From an uncultured Alphaproteobacteria bacterium (lineage in GTDB: Bacteria; Pseudomonadota; Alphaproteobacteria; Caulobacterales; Caulobacteraceae), in contig CAVTAH010000004.1 of NCBI GenBank assembly GCA_963732685.1, positions 10,706-74,705 of the forward strand: a stretch of 64,000 nucleotides of DNA, in the 5' to 3' direction. Position 1 is the first letter of the stretch, and each line of letters opens with the position of its first letter. The notes under the pieces were generated by a model. The model was given only the letters and a program-made list of their open reading frames with translations. It had not been told where the DNA came from and searched no databases. The translations under genes and the position numbers were made by a program. Positions 12,930 to 25,177 of the stretch are shown piece by piece.

Positions 12930-13517
12930 TTACGCCGCCCCGCCGGACGATAGCTCCGCCATCAGTTCGGCTTTGCGCGCCTTGAGCCGCTCGCCCATGG
13001 CGTCGAGATCCTCATCGCCGGCCTTGGCCTGCGCGAAGATTCCCCCAGGCTGCTCCTCTTCCTTCACGTGGTGCTTGATGTAGTCGCTGAGCACCTTGAC
13101 CTTGGCGTCGTAGAATTGGTCGCTGGGCTTCATCGCCTCGATCTCGGCGATCAGCTTCTTGGCCCCGTCGTGCTCGACATAGGCCTCGTCGAGGTCGTCG
13201 TCGTCCACGTCGCCCCGCTCTTCGGGGTAGAAGATCTCCTCCTCGATGGCGGTGTGCACCTTCAGGGCCAAGGCGATCTTGGCGAACAGCGCCTGCTTCT
13301 CACCATCGTCCTCCAGCTCCTGGAAGTCCTCGAAATAGCCGTCGACCTCCCGGTGATCGGCCTTGAGGAGGGCCACGGCCAACGGCTCGTTCGCCGGGCT
13401 GTGCCGGTCGAGCGGCGGCGGCGCGGCTCTGGACCGCAGACGAGCGGCCGTCTTGGCGGCGGGCTTGGTCGCGCTTTTCGGCGCGGGCTTGGGAGCGGAT
13501 TTGGCGCGAGTGGGCAT
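12930..13517 (-). CDS. Hemerythrin-like (HHE) domain protein with a basic N-terminal tail
   Basis: LLKADHREV, HTAIEEEIFYP, EHD, HHVKEEE; GGAG RBS. Confidence 0.9.
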   Translation of the reverse strand: MPTRAKSAPKPAPKSATKPAAKTAARLRSRAAPPPLDRHSPANEPLAVALLKADHREVDGYFEDFQELEDDGEKQALFAKIALALKVHTAIEEEIFYPEERGDVDDDDLDEAYVEHDGAKKLIAEIEAMKPSDQFYDAKVKVLSDYIKHHVKEEEQPGGIFAQAKAGDEDLDAMGERLKARKAELMAELSSGGAA

Positions 13518-13544
13518 GGCGATCTCCTGAAAGGTGACCCTGTT

Positions 13545-13569
13545 AACGAGAGCCCACCTCCACCGTTCC
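13545..13569 (-). promoter_or_regulatory. EcfG/SigT promoter of the hemerythrin gene
   Basis: Perfect GGAAC-N16-CGTT on the minus strand, 27 nt before the start. Confidence 0.8.
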
Positions 13570-13655
13570 GGCGGGGCGCCGACGCGAATTGCCGCTGACA
13601 CCCGGCTGTCCGGATTGTACCGGTTACAAAGGGGCGCTTTGGGGAGAGGTCGAGG

Positions 13656-15306
13656 GTGAGCGCGTTCGACGACATGCCGTGGCTGGGTCTCTACGGCGAC
13701 CGGCCAGCGACGATCACGCCCGAGCACCCGGACATGCTGGCGATCTTCCGGGCGGCGGCGGTCCGCGCGCCGGACCGGATCGCGATCCACTACTTCGACG
13801 GGCGGCTCACCTATGCCGAGCTGGATCGGACGAGCGACCGGCTCGCCGCATGGCTGGCGAACGCGGGCGTCGCGCGCGGCGACCGGGTGGCGGTGGTTCT
13901 GCAGAACACCCCGGCGTTTGTGATCGGGCTGCTGGCGGCGTGGAAGCGCGGCGCGATCCCCGTCCCGATCAATCCGATGAACCGCGAGCGCGAGCTCGGC
14001 CTGCTGTTCGGCGACTCCCGGCCGAAGGTGGTGATCTGCCATCCGGACCAGCAGGCCATGGTCGCGGGCGTCATCGGTTCTGATCCGGCCCTCACGGGCG
14101 CCAAGGTCGTCACCGCCAGCGCGCTCGCCTTCCAGACCCGCAACGACCAGCGCGTGCTGCCGGCCAGCGAGCCAGCTCCCGCCGCCGCCGCGACAGACCT
14201 GGCGAGCATCCTGGCCGACGAGGTCCTAAGGGCTCGGCCGCCAGAGCCGCTCACGGGGAGCGACGTCGCCTTCCTGGTCTACACCTCGGGAACGACGGGC
14301 GTGCCCAAGGGGGCCATGATCACCCACGCCAACGCCGCCTTCAACGCCCAGGCCTATCGCGACTGGGTGGGACTGCCCGAAGGCGCCGGCGTGCTGGGCC
14401 TTGCGCCCTTGTTCCATGTCACGGGCCTGATCGCCCACGTCGCGACCGCCTTCGTGCTCGCCGGGCCGCTGACGCTCTCCTACCGGTTCGAGCCGCGGGT
14501 GATGCTGGAGAGCATCGCCGAGCACCGGCCGATCTTCACCATTGGCGCGATCACCGCCTTCATCGCCATGATGAATGCGCCGGGCGCGCGGCGCGAACAG
14601 ATGGCCAGCTTCGAAAAGGTCTACTCCGGCGGCGCCGCGATCCCGCCCAGCGTGGTCGACGAGTTCGAGGCCAAGTTCGGCATCTACATTCACAACGGCT
14701 ACGGCCTCACCGAGACGACCTCGCCCTCGCACGCCGTCCCGTTCGGCCGCCGCGCGCCCGTTGATCCGGTGTCAGGCGCGCTGGCCATTGGAGTCGCCCT
14801 GGTTCGACACGGTCGTGCGGGTGGAGCTGGAGGACGGCTCGGCCGCGCCGGTCGGCGAGTACGGCGAGATCGTCACCAGGGGGCCGCAAGTCGTGCCGGG
14901 CTATTGGAACAAGCCCAAGGAGACGGCCGAGGCGATCCGGGACGGCTGGCTGCGAACCGGCGACATCGGCTTCATGGACGCCGAGGGCTGGTTCTATCTG
15001 GTCGATCGCAAGAAGGACATGATCAACGCCGCGGGCTTCAAGGTCTGGCCGCGCGAGGTGGAGGACGTGCTCTACACCCATCCGGCGATCCGCGAGGCGG
15101 CCGTGGTCGGGGTGCAGGATCCTTATCGCGGGGAGACCGTGAAGGCGGTGATCAGCGTCAAGCCCGGTCAGAGCGTCACCGAAATGGAGCTGGTCGAGTT
15201 CTGCAAGGCGCGGATGGCCGCCTACAAATACCCGCGCGTCATCGAGATCATCGAGGACCTGCCCAAGACCGCGACCGGCAAGATCCTGCGGCGCGAGCTG
15301 CGCTGA
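13656..15306 (+). CDS. Long-chain fatty acid--CoA ligase (frameshift near 14794)
   Basis: [18 protein letters not shown], then in a second frame RTGDIG, DRKKDMI and LPKTATGKI. Confidence 0.9.
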
Positions 15307-15340
15307 GGAACCCGCCGCGCCGACGCCGGCCTCGACGCCT

Positions 15341-16291
15341 TCAAACGCCGGCTGGCGGATGCCCGATCGGGCCCTCGGCGCGTTCCAGCGACCGTCGGTC
15401 CCAGCGGGCCAAGTCGGCGGCGGCCTCGTAGGTGCTCTGGAGAAAGGTCATGAGAGCCTCGTCCGGATCAGCGGCGGCGCGAACCGCCGCGTAGGGCAGC
15501 AGGAACTCGCCGAGATCCGCATCGAAGCGGCCGTCCGCGGGCCCGACGTGGGCGGCCGCGTAACCCTCCGGGACCGGGTAGGCGTAGGCGTAGAAAGCGG
15601 GCCCTACGTCCGCGCCCGCGCCGGGCCAGAAGCCGGCGCTGGCCACTTCCTGGAAGTAGCCGTCCCGCGCCACGGCGTCCGGCATGTGTTCGGCTCCACC
15701 GGGATGCGCGGGCGCGGGGCGGCCGGAGAAGCGCGTCACCGCGAGGTCGAAGCTGCCCCAGAAGAGCTGGATCGGGCTGCACTTGCCGACGAAGCGCGTG
15801 CGGAAGCGCTGGAAGACGCGTTGGACCTGCAGCAGCGCGCGCCAGTAGGTCCGCGCCGCCTCGGGGTCGAACGGGCGTACGTTCAAGTCCTGGGGAAAGG
15901 GCGTGGCTCCTGGAAGCTCGCACGGGGTCTCGTCGATCCGCACGGCCACCCCGAGCCTCGCGAGCGCCTCCATGGTCTCGGCATGGAAGCTCGCCACGCT
16001 CTGGCCGAGGAGCGCAACCCGCGCGCCTTGCCCATCGTCGCCGCGCAGAACCAGGGCTTCCTCGATCAGGTCGAACTCCAGATCGAGGGCGCGAAGGCCG
16101 TTGGGCATCCAACCCGTCGTCAGCCCACGGGCCGAGACGTAGAGGGGAACATGCCAGCTGTGATTGACCCAGGGCGTGAGCCCCATCCGCACCTTGCCGA
16201 CGACCTGGCTAAATAGGTGCAGCGCCCCGATCGTCGGCGCGACGGCGGGGGACGTCAGGTCGGGCCAGACCTCGCGCGCGACATCGTTCAT
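15341..16291 (-). CDS. DUF5996 family protein
   Basis: QVVGKVR, WVNHSWHV, FWGSFDLAVTRFSGR, SAGFWPG, AFYAYAYP. Confidence 0.85.
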   Translation of the reverse strand: MNDVAREVWPDLTSPAVAPTIGALHLFSQVVGKVRMGLTPWVNHSWHVPLYVSARGLTTGWMPNGLRALDLEFDLIEEALVLRGDDGQGARVALLGQSVASFHAETMEALARLGVAVRIDETPCELPGATPFPQDLNVRPFDPEAARTYWRALLQVQRVFQRFRTRFVGKCSPIQLFWGSFDLAVTRFSGRPAPAHPGGAEHMPDAVARDGYFQEVASAGFWPGAGADVGPAFYAYAYPVPEGYAAAHVGPADGRFDADLGEFLLPYAAVRAAADPDEALMTFLQSTYEAAADLARWDRRSLERAEGPIGHPPAGV

Positions 16292-16372
16292 GTTGATCCT
16301 CGCTGCCGGCCAAGAGGTTCGCGCAGCTTTTAGCCAAACTCGTCGTGCCTTGCGCGAGTTTCGGGTCCGTGG

Positions 16373-16404
16373 TGTGTCCTGTGTGGAGGTCCACACAGGA
16401 CACA
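16373..16404. repeat. Perfect 15-bp inverted repeat over the vapB RBS/start (candidate operator)
   Basis: TGTGTCCTGTGTGGA-gg-TCCACACAGGACACA. Confidence 0.85.
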
Positions 16405-16596
16405 AATCTGCAGATCGACCCCGAGTTGATCGAACGCGCGGTCGCCGTCAGCGGTGAGCGAACCAAGAAGGCCGCCGTCACGCAGGCCTTGCGTGAATAT
16501 ATCGAACGTCGCGAGCGCCTGGGTCTGCTGGACCTCATGGGAAAGCTCGAGTGGGACTCCTCGTTCGACTACAAGGCTGAGCGAAGCCGCGATTGA
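16381..16596 (+). CDS. vapB: VapB-family antitoxin (start uncertain)
   Basis: TNLQIDPELIERAVAVSGERTKKAAVTQALREYI RHH-like region; TTGA overlap with the PIN gene; the usual ATG is missing. Confidence 0.8.
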   Translation: MWRSTQDTNLQIDPELIERAVAVSGERTKKAAVTQALREYIERRERLGLLDLMGKLEWDSSFDYKAERSRD

Positions 16597-17000
16597 GCGT
16601 TCTGGTTGACACGAGCGTCTGGTCTCTGGCCTTCCGTCGCGACGGGCCAGCCGACAGTGCTCACGTGCGTGAACTCAGACGCCGGGTCCAAACCGGCGGC
16701 GAACTGTTCGTCACCGGTCTTGTGCTTCAGGAGCTTCTGCAAGGCTTTGCCGGCCCCATCCAAGCGCGCAACATCATCAGGCGGTTCTCGGCTCTCCCGC
16801 TCCTCACTCCCGACCGACGCGACCATATCGAGGCGGCCGAGCTGCGGAACCATTGTCGGCGCAACGGGGTGCAAGTCGGCACGCTTGACGCTCTTCTGGC
16901 GGCTCTCTGCATCCGCCATGAGTTGATGATGCTGTCGGCGGACAAGGCTTTCGCCAGCGTCGCCCGCTTCACGGGATTGCGGGTGTGGACGTCCGCTTGA
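16593..17000 (+). CDS. vapC: VapC PIN-domain toxin
   Basis: VLVDTSVW, QELLQG, DALLAA, SADKAF. Confidence 0.9.
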   Translation: MSVLVDTSVWSLAFRRDGPADSAHVRELRRRVQTGGELFVTGLVLQELLQGFAGPIQARNIIRRFSALPLLTPDRRDHIEAAELRNHCRRNGVQVGTLDALLAALCIRHELMMLSADKAFASVARFTGLRVWTSA

Positions 17001-17054
17001 TCGCGAGGTTCTCGCTGCTGGGACTCGAAGCATCCGAACCGCTAACCTCCCATC

Positions 17055-18920
17055 GTGCGCTTCGACGATCAATTCCTGGAGGAGCTGAAGGCTCGGCTGC
17101 GTCCGTCGGACGTGATCGGCAAGACGGTGAAGCTGCGCCGGCAGGGCCGCGAGTTCGTGGGACTCTCGCCGTTCAACAAGGAGAAGAGCCCGTCGTTCTT
17201 CGTCAACGACGAGAAGGGCTTCTTCCATGATTTCTCCAGCGGCAAGCACGGCGACCTGATCAGCTTCCTGCAGGAGACGGAACGGCTCACCTTCGTCGAG
17301 GCGGTGGAGCGGCTGGCGGCTGAGGCGGGGCTGTCGCTGCCGGAGCCCGATCCCCAATCCCAGGCTCTGGCGCGCGAGCGGCAGGGGCTGGCCGAGTGGC
17401 TGGAAACCGCCGCGACCTGGTTCCAGCAGGCGCTGCGCCGCCCCACCGGCCGAGCGGCGCGGGACTATCTGGAGCGGCGCGGGCTGCCGGCCTCGGAGTG
17501 GGAGCGGTTCGGGCTGGGGTTCGCGCCCGGCGGCCGGACCGAGCTCAAGGACTATCTGATCGCCAAGGGCGCCTTGCCGCGCGATCTGGTCGCCGCCGGC
17601 CTGCTGATCGCGCCGGAGGACGGTGGCGCGCCCTACGACCGGTTCCGTGACCGGATCATCTTCCCGATCACCGACGGCCGAGGGCGGACGATCAGCTTCG
17701 GCGGCCGGGCGCTCGATCCCAACGCCCGCGCCAAGTACCTGAACGGGCCGGACACCGAGCTCTTCGACAAGGGCGCGGTGCTCTATGGCCTGCCCGAGGC
17801 GCGGCGGCTGCTGCATGCCGGCGGGGAGGGCGCCGCCCTGGTGGTGGTCGAAGGCTATATGGACGTGATCGCCTGCCAGCGCGCCGGGGTCGCGGCGGTG
17901 GCCTCGATGGGGACCGCGCTCACCGAGGCGCAGATGGAGCAGTTGTGGCGGCTGCATCCGGAGCCGACCCTGAGCTTCGACGGCGACGCCGCCGGCGCGC
18001 GGGCCGCCTTCCGCGCCATGGACCGGGCCCTCCCCTTGCTCGCCGCCGGACGCAGCTTCCGCTTCGTGGTCCTGACCGCCGGCAAGGATCCCGACGACAT
18101 CCTGCGCACCCACGGCGCGGCGGCGCTGAAAAGCCAACTCGCCGACGGTCGGCCGTTCGTGGAAGCCCTGTTCGCTCGCGAGCGGGACTTGGGACCGCTG
18201 GAGACGCCCGAGCAACGCGCCGCTCTGAAGCAGCGCTTGAGGGCGGCGGCGCGTTCGATTTCGGACGCGGAGCTCTCGGCCGCTTACCGGGATGATCTGG
18301 ACGCGCGGGTCCAGGCTCTGTTCGCCCCGACTCAGATCGCCCGGCCGCAGCGACGCGAGCCGTGGCGGCCGCGTGGGGCCCCGCCGCCGCCCATGCCCGC
18401 CGGCCCCCTCGCCAAGGCTGCGGCCAAACGTCTCGGCTCCGGCCTGGACCCGCTGCTCGCCGCTCTCGTGTTGGGCGCGGTGATGGAGCCTTCGGTGATC
18501 GACGGCCACCTGGAGGCCCTGGGCGACAAGGGCCTGCGATCGCCGACGCTCGACCCTCTCGCCGCCGAGCTGGTGCGCCTGCGCATTTCCGGGGAACACC
18601 TTGACACTCAAGGGCTTCGTCGCCATCTCGCAGCGGTTGGCTTCAGCGCCCTACTGAGCGATGTCGAGCAGGCCGCCGCCCAGTCCGGCGCGCCCTTCAC
18701 GCGAGATGACATCCCGCCAGTGGTCGCCAAGTCTCAGTGGTCGCGACTTTTCGGAGCGATGGACCGGGTTGCCGCGTTGGAGAACGCACTCGCCGACTTG
18801 GCGGGAGGCGGCGCGACACCCACCTTCATCGCCTTGAAAACCGAGCGCGACGTTCTGAGGCGCGCGATACGAACTGGAACCCTTTGGGCCGACGAGGCGC
18901 CGGGCGAAGCCTTTTCTTAA
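17055..18920 (+). CDS. dnaG: DNA primase
   Basis: Alphaproteobacterial [42 protein letters not shown] and FDGD. Confidence 0.97.
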   Translation: MRFDDQFLEELKARLRPSDVIGKTVKLRRQGREFVGLSPFNKEKSPSFFVNDEKGFFHDFSSGKHGDLISFLQETERLTFVEAVERLAAEAGLSLPEPDPQSQALARERQGLAEWLETAATWFQQALRRPTGRAARDYLERRGLPASEWERFGLGFAPGGRTELKDYLIAKGALPRDLVAAGLLIAPEDGGAPYDRFRDRIIFPITDGRGRTISFGGRALDPNARAKYLNGPDTELFDKGAVLYGLPEARRLLHAGGEGAALVVVEGYMDVIACQRAGVAAVASMGTALTEAQMEQLWRLHPEPTLSFDGDAAGARAAFRAMDRALPLLAAGRSFRFVVLTAGKDPDDILRTHGAAALKSQLADGRPFVEALFARERDLGPLETPEQRAALKQRLRAAARSISDAELSAAYRDDLDARVQALFAPTQIARPQRREPWRPRGAPPPPMPAGPLAKAAAKRLGSGLDPLLAALVLGAVMEPSVIDGHLEALGDKGLRSPTLDPLAAELVRLRISGEHLDTQGLRRHLAAVGFSALLSDVEQAAAQSGAPFTRDDIPPVVAKSQWSRLFGAMDRVAALENALADLAGGGATPTFIALKTERDVLRRAIRTGTLWADEAPGEAFS

Positions 18921-18970
18921 GGAAAGGGGTCGCGCGGGCCACGCTCTGCTTTTCGAGCGAGTTGAACAAC

Positions 18971-20917
<1,947 letters not shown>

Positions 20918-20946
20918 GGCTCCTCACCGGAGCGGCGGCGCGCGAT

Positions 20947-20975
20947 TTGAGCGCTAGCCGGGTGGAGGTTAGTCT
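20947..20975 (+). promoter_or_regulatory. Sigma70-type promoter for a probably leaderless MNT-HEPN operon
   Basis: TTGAGC-N17-TAGTCT with the ATG 7 nt downstream and no RBS between. Confidence 0.55.
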
Positions 20976-20982
20976 CCCTCCG

Positions 20983-21279
20983 ATGACCAGAGACGACGCG
21001 CTTGCCGTGCTGCACGGCGCCCACGATCGGCTGAGGGCGCTTGGCGTTGCGCACGCCGCTCTCTTCGGCTCGACGGCACGCGGCGAGGCGCAAGAGGGGA
21101 GCGACATCGACGTCATGGTGGAGATCGATCCAGACGTTCGGATGGGAGTCTACGAATACGTGGGCATCGTCCAATATCTGGAAGGTCTCTTTCCGGTGAA
21201 AGTCGACGTTTCAAATCGCGCGGCTCAGAAGCCCCGCGTCCGGGCGACGGCGGACCAAGACGCGGTCTATGCATTCTGA
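20983..21279 (+). CDS. Minimal nucleotidyltransferase (MNT/MntA-type antitoxin)
   Basis: GS-x10-DID motif (FGSTARGEAQEGSDID); 98 aa. Confidence 0.9.
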   Translation: MTRDDALAVLHGAHDRLRALGVAHAALFGSTARGEAQEGSDIDVMVEIDPDVRMGVYEYVGIVQYLEGLFPVKVDVSNRAAQKPRVRATADQDAVYAF

Positions 21280-21616
21280 GCGGGAGCGCCTCGCGCTCGA
21301 GACCATCCGCGACAACATCGAACTCGCTCGGCGCTTCGTCTCTGGGATGGATCGCGAATCATTCGAGGCGGATGATCGGACACACTATGCAGTGGTCCGC
21401 TGCCTTGAAATTATCTCCGAGGCCTCACGTCGCCTTGAGGACTCAACGAAAAGAAAGCATCCATCCATCGATTGGAGCCGCGTCGCCGGGGCGGGAAACG
21501 TTTATCGGCACGACTACGACAACGTTCTCGCCTCCTACGTTTGGATTACTGTCCAGGAGAGCCTCGACCCGCTTCAGCAGGTTGTTCTGGCCGAGTTGCG
21601 TCTCAAGCAGAATTGA
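21269..21616 (+). CDS. HEPN (DUF86/HepT-like) toxin
   Basis: AVVRCLEIISEA, HPSIDW, GNVYRHDY; overlaps the MNT gene. Confidence 0.9.
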   Translation: MHSERERLALETIRDNIELARRFVSGMDRESFEADDRTHYAVVRCLEIISEASRRLEDSTKRKHPSIDWSRVAGAGNVYRHDYDNVLASYVWITVQESLDPLQQVVLAELRLKQN

Positions 21617-21664
21617 TCAACGCCACGCGTATCCTAAGGCTCCACCAAAGCACTAGCCCGGAAC

Positions 21665-22204
21665 CTAAAGCAGTCTCAGCTTCGGCTCGAAGGTCCAGAT
21701 CAGCGGCAGGCTGAACGGCTTGGTCTTAAGCGGCGGATGCAGGGGGATCTTGCCGCAGGAGAGACCTCCGCTCAGCGTGCAGTCGCCCGGTTGCGCGCGG
21801 GCGAGATACCCGCCCATCACGGCCAGCTTCACGGTCGTGAAGGCGAGGGTAATCGCGTAGGTCACGGTAATCGGCGGGAAGGTGACGCCGTCGAAGGTCA
21901 AGGTGAGCGTGGGCGAGGCTCCGATGGAGACCTGGTGCGCGCCGAGATCGACGATGGCGCTTTGGCCCGGCGGATCGTCGCGATGCGACGCGAGGTCCTT
22001 GTAGCCCGCCCAGACCGACGCCAGCGCCTGCGCGAGATCGAAGCCGGCCAGGGCTTGGCGCACGGCGGCATCGGCCTGCGCGCCGACGACTGGCCAGGTT
22101 GGAAGCCGAGCCCCGTCGCTCGACGCCTGCTTGAGCGCCGCCCGCCAGTTCCCAAGCTGGGAGGGAAGCAGGTCGCCGAGCGACAGCTTTGGTTCGTCAG
22201 TCAT
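21665..22204 (-). CDS. Hypothetical protein (179 aa)
   Basis: GGAG RBS, 8-nt overlap with the PASTA gene, globular-looking composition. Confidence 0.7.
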   Translation of the reverse strand: MTDEPKLSLGDLLPSQLGNWRAALKQASSDGARLPTWPVVGAQADAAVRQALAGFDLAQALASVWAGYKDLASHRDDPPGQSAIVDLGAHQVSIGASPTLTLTFDGVTFPPITVTYAITLAFTTVKLAVMGGYLARAQPGDCTLSGGLSCGKIPLHPPLKTKPFSLPLIWTFEPKLRLL

Positions 22205-23162
22205 CCGGCCCGATCTCCGCCGTCGCGAGGCCGACCCAAAGGGCCGTGCATGGAGGCGACAAACACGTCAGGTTGAGCGTGGGGCCGCCGGGCGACGGCG
22301 CCTTGGCGAAGTGGCCCACGGGGGGCGAGCAGTCGGTTCTCCAGCGTGCCGTTTGGGCGAACCGTCTCTCGCGCGCCTTCCCCTTCGCTTGAACTCCGAG
22401 CAAGGCTCCGCCGCCGATGACCCCGAGGACGATCACGACCAGCGTCGCGCCCCATGGCCGAGGGGCCGGGGAGACGATGAACACGTAATTCACCACCGTA
22501 CCACGCGGCGCCAGACTGTTCGCCGCCGGATCGGTGTGGTCGACGCGCGCCCCTGGCGGCGCCTCGCCGTCCAGCAACCGGCCTAATTTCAACCCGATCT
22601 GCTTCAGGCTCTCTCGAGCTTCCAACGGCGTCTCGCCGTGCAGGTCGGGCACTTGGACGAGCGTCTTCGATTTCGGTCGCACAACAGAGTCTGTGGTTGT
22701 CTTGGGCGTGGGCGACGAAGCTTCAGGCGGAGGCGGCGAGGTGGTGGGGACGGGAGGCGTGGTCGGCGACGGCGGAGCGGCGATGCCGGGCGTGGCGACG
22801 GCGAAGGTGACGACGGAGCCCGCCGTGACCGAGGTGTTCGCCAGGGGAGACTGCCAGTAGACCCGCGCGCCCGGGTCTTGGCTTTCGGGCGAGGGGTAGA
22901 GCCGGGGAGACAGCCCCGCCTTGCTGACCGTCGCTGACGCGGCCGAGGGTGATTTGCCCTTCAGGTCAGGGACCGTCCTGGCCTCAGACACAACAGTGTT
23001 CACGATTGAATTCAGAATGTTGTCCCACGGACTAGGCGTCGTCTTGGTCTGATTGGTATTCCCCGTGTTCCCCCTGCCCACGAGGCCGGGATTGCTCACC
23101 GACCCGTGAGCCGCCGCGGCGAGCGCCCAGAGCATGAGCGCCAGGCCGGCCCGGATCTTCAC
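22197..23162 (-). CDS. Membrane-anchored protein with two PASTA domains
   Basis: GTG start overlapping the upstream TGA; signal peptide; TVPDLKGKS...A and VQVPDLHGET...A repeats; Pro/Thr linker; C-terminal TM. Confidence 0.8.
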   Translation of the reverse strand: MKIRAGLALMLWALAAAAHGSVSNPGLVGRGNTGNTNQTKTTPSPWDNILNSIVNTVVSEARTVPDLKGKSPSAASATVSKAGLSPRLYPSPESQDPGARVYWQSPLANTSVTAGSVVTFAVATPGIAAPPSPTTPPVPTTSPPPPEASSPTPKTTTDSVVRPKSKTLVQVPDLHGETPLEARESLKQIGLKLGRLLDGEAPPGARVDHTDPAANSLAPRGTVVNYVFIVSPAPRPWGATLVVIVLGVIGGGALLGVQAKGKARERRFAQTARWRTDCSPPVGHFAKAPSPGGPTLNLTCLSPPCTALWVGLATAEIGPDD

Positions 23163-24022
23163 GACCGATTTGCCGCCGTCACCACCCAGGTCGCGGTCGG
23201 AAGGTGGATGATGCCGTCGGCCCCGGCGCGGGCGGACATGGCGTCGCGCACCGCCTGCACCACCGGTTCGCGACGGTCCGGCTGTTCGCGCAAGGCTCGG
23301 CCGAGGGGGCCGATGTTGAGGGCGACCTCCATGACCTGATCGAGAGATCCGGCCGCGAGGGTCCGCTCGCGGGGCTCGACGTGGATGTTCGCGAAGCCCG
23401 CCTCGCGCAGGATGCCGGCGACGCGCTCGCCGTCGGCGAAGGCGAAGGGGCCCGGCGCGTGGGGGTCGGGCGGCGGTTCGGGCGCGAGCAGCGGGCGCGC
23501 GGCCATCATCGGCGCGGTGATGAAGGGGTTCTTCTCCGGACCCTGCCAGCACAGGAAGGCGAGCCGGCCGCCCGTTTTCAGCGCGCTCCGCAGATTGGCG
23601 AAGGCGCGGGCGGGCCGTTCGAAGAACATCACCCCGAAGCGGGAGAAGATCGCATCGGCCTCGCCGGCCGGGAAAGCGTGGGTCTCGGCGTCGGCTTCCA
23701 GGAATTCGACCCGGGCGCCGGTCGCGGCCGCGCGGCGGCGCGCGACGGCGAGCATCGGCCGCGAGATGTCGATCCCGGTCACCGAGCCCCCGGGCGAAAC
23801 GCGGGTCGCCAGCGCCAGGCTGGTGTCGCCGCAACCGCAGCCGACATCGATGATCCGCTCGCCGGGCCGGGGACCGAGCGCCTCGAGCGCTTCTTCGCCG
23901 AGTGGGCCGATCTGGGCGTCCATCCGCGCCTGGAGCCGCGCCCAGGCGTCGCCCGCGTCGGCATTCCAGTGTTCGATCTGGCCGGCGTTGACGGACGCGG
24001 CGCCGGTCGCGGATTGGCCCAT
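23159..24022 (-). CDS. Class I SAM-dependent methyltransferase
   Basis: IIDVGCGCG, GIDIS, SRFGVMFF, PGPFAFAD. Confidence 0.92.
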   Translation of the reverse strand: MGQSATGAASVNAGQIEHWNADAGDAWARLQARMDAQIGPLGEEALEALGPRPGERIIDVGCGCGDTSLALATRVSPGGSVTGIDISRPMLAVARRRAAATGARVEFLEADAETHAFPAGEADAIFSRFGVMFFERPARAFANLRSALKTGGRLAFLCWQGPEKNPFITAPMMAARPLLAPEPPPDPHAPGPFAFADGERVAGILREAGFANIHVEPRERTLAAGSLDQVMEVALNIGPLGRALREQPDRREPVVQAVRDAMSARAGADGIIHLPTATWVVTAANRS

Positions 24023-24099
24023 GGTCTGCCCTCTCGTAAGCAGTGTCTCACGATGGTCGAAGACTTCCAACGGCCAAGGTTCGAGCGGAGGATTGTCGA

Positions 24100-24495
24100 A
24101 TGGCGCGAAATCTGAGTATCGCGATCGGGGTCGGACTCCTCAGCCTTTGCGCGGCGGCGGCGCGCGCCGATGCCGCCTATGACGCCTGCTTGAAGCCGGC
24201 GGTCACGAACCAGGATTTCGACATCTGTGGCGCGAGCTACCTCAAGCGCGCGGATCTGCGGTTGAACGCCGCCTGGCGCGCCGCTTTCGCGTTAGCGAGC
24301 GGCCAGACCCGCACCGACCTGCTGGCCGAGCAACGCGCCTGGATCGTCTTCAAGGACAAGTCATGCCTGTTGTACGCCAACGGCGATCAGGGTCGGGAAG
24401 GCCAGGTGATCTCCTTCCCCGGCTGTCGGGGGAACGTCATCGACCAGCGCGCGACGGCGCTGAAGGCCATCGCCGCCGACCTCGCGCCGAAGTAG
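24100..24495 (+). CDS. LprI/DUF1311 family exported protein
   Basis: GGAGG RBS, signal peptide, 4 Cys, D..LN..W and LLAEQRAWIVFKDKSC. Confidence 0.85.
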   Translation: MARNLSIAIGVGLLSLCAAAARADAAYDACLKPAVTNQDFDICGASYLKRADLRLNAAWRAAFALASGQTRTDLLAEQRAWIVFKDKSCLLYANGDQGREGQVISFPGCRGNVIDQRATALKAIAADLAPK

Positions 24496-24502
24496 GCCGC
24501 CC

Positions 24503-25171
24503 TCAGGCTGTGTGGAGCAAGGCCGTGGGCAGGCTCCAGCCATAGGTCCAGGCCAGCATCCGCAAGGTGAAGCAGGCGAGGGCGCCGCCAATCGCCACGG
24601 TCCTCGGCCCGAGGCCCACCCCGCGCCCGGCGACGACGATCAGGGCCGCCAGCAGGGCGGCGGAGGCGTAGACGTCGGTATAAAGCACACGGGGCGCCCG
24701 GTTGAGCAGCAGGTCACGCAGCATGCCCCCGCCCACGCCGCCGAGACCGCCCAGGAACACGGAAATCAGCGGGTGGACGCGGTTCTCTAGCGCCTTCTCG
24801 GTCCCGGCCACGGCGCCGAGAGCGAGGCCGGCCGCGTCCATGGTCACAACGGCCGGATCTCCCCCGATCCCGGGCGCGGCGACCAGCAGCCAGCCGGCCA
24901 CAGCGCCGGCCAGCACCACCGCCGTGTATCGCCAGTCGCTCACCGCGGCGGGCCGACCCGTGGCGATGAGGAGGTCGCGAATGACGCCGCCGCCGAGCCC
25001 CGTGACGAAGGCGAGCACCAGGACGCCGACAGGATCGTAGCCGGCCAGCGCGGCGGTGAGGCCGCCCTGGGCGGCGAAGACGAAGGTCGCGCCGAAGTCG
25101 GCGACGCGCACCACCAGCGAGCCGAGGCGCGGCGCGGCCTTCGCCAGGTCCCGCCGCCGCGGCGCCCGCAT
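24503..25171 (-). CDS. UPF0126/TRIC-family membrane protein
   Basis: Duplicated GGGVIRDLL and GGGMLRDLL motifs; multiple TM segments. Confidence 0.9.
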   Translation of the reverse strand: MRAPRRRDLAKAAPRLGSLVVRVADFGATFVFAAQGGLTAALAGYDPVGVLVLAFVTGLGGGVIRDLLIATGRPAAVSDWRYTAVVLAGAVAGWLLVAAPGIGGDPAVVTMDAAGLALGAVAGTEKALENRVHPLISVFLGGLGGVGGGMLRDLLLNRAPRVLYTDVYASAALLAALIVVAGRGVGLGPRTVAIGGALACFTLRMLAWTYGWSLPTALLHTA

Positions 25172-25177
25172 GTCCGC

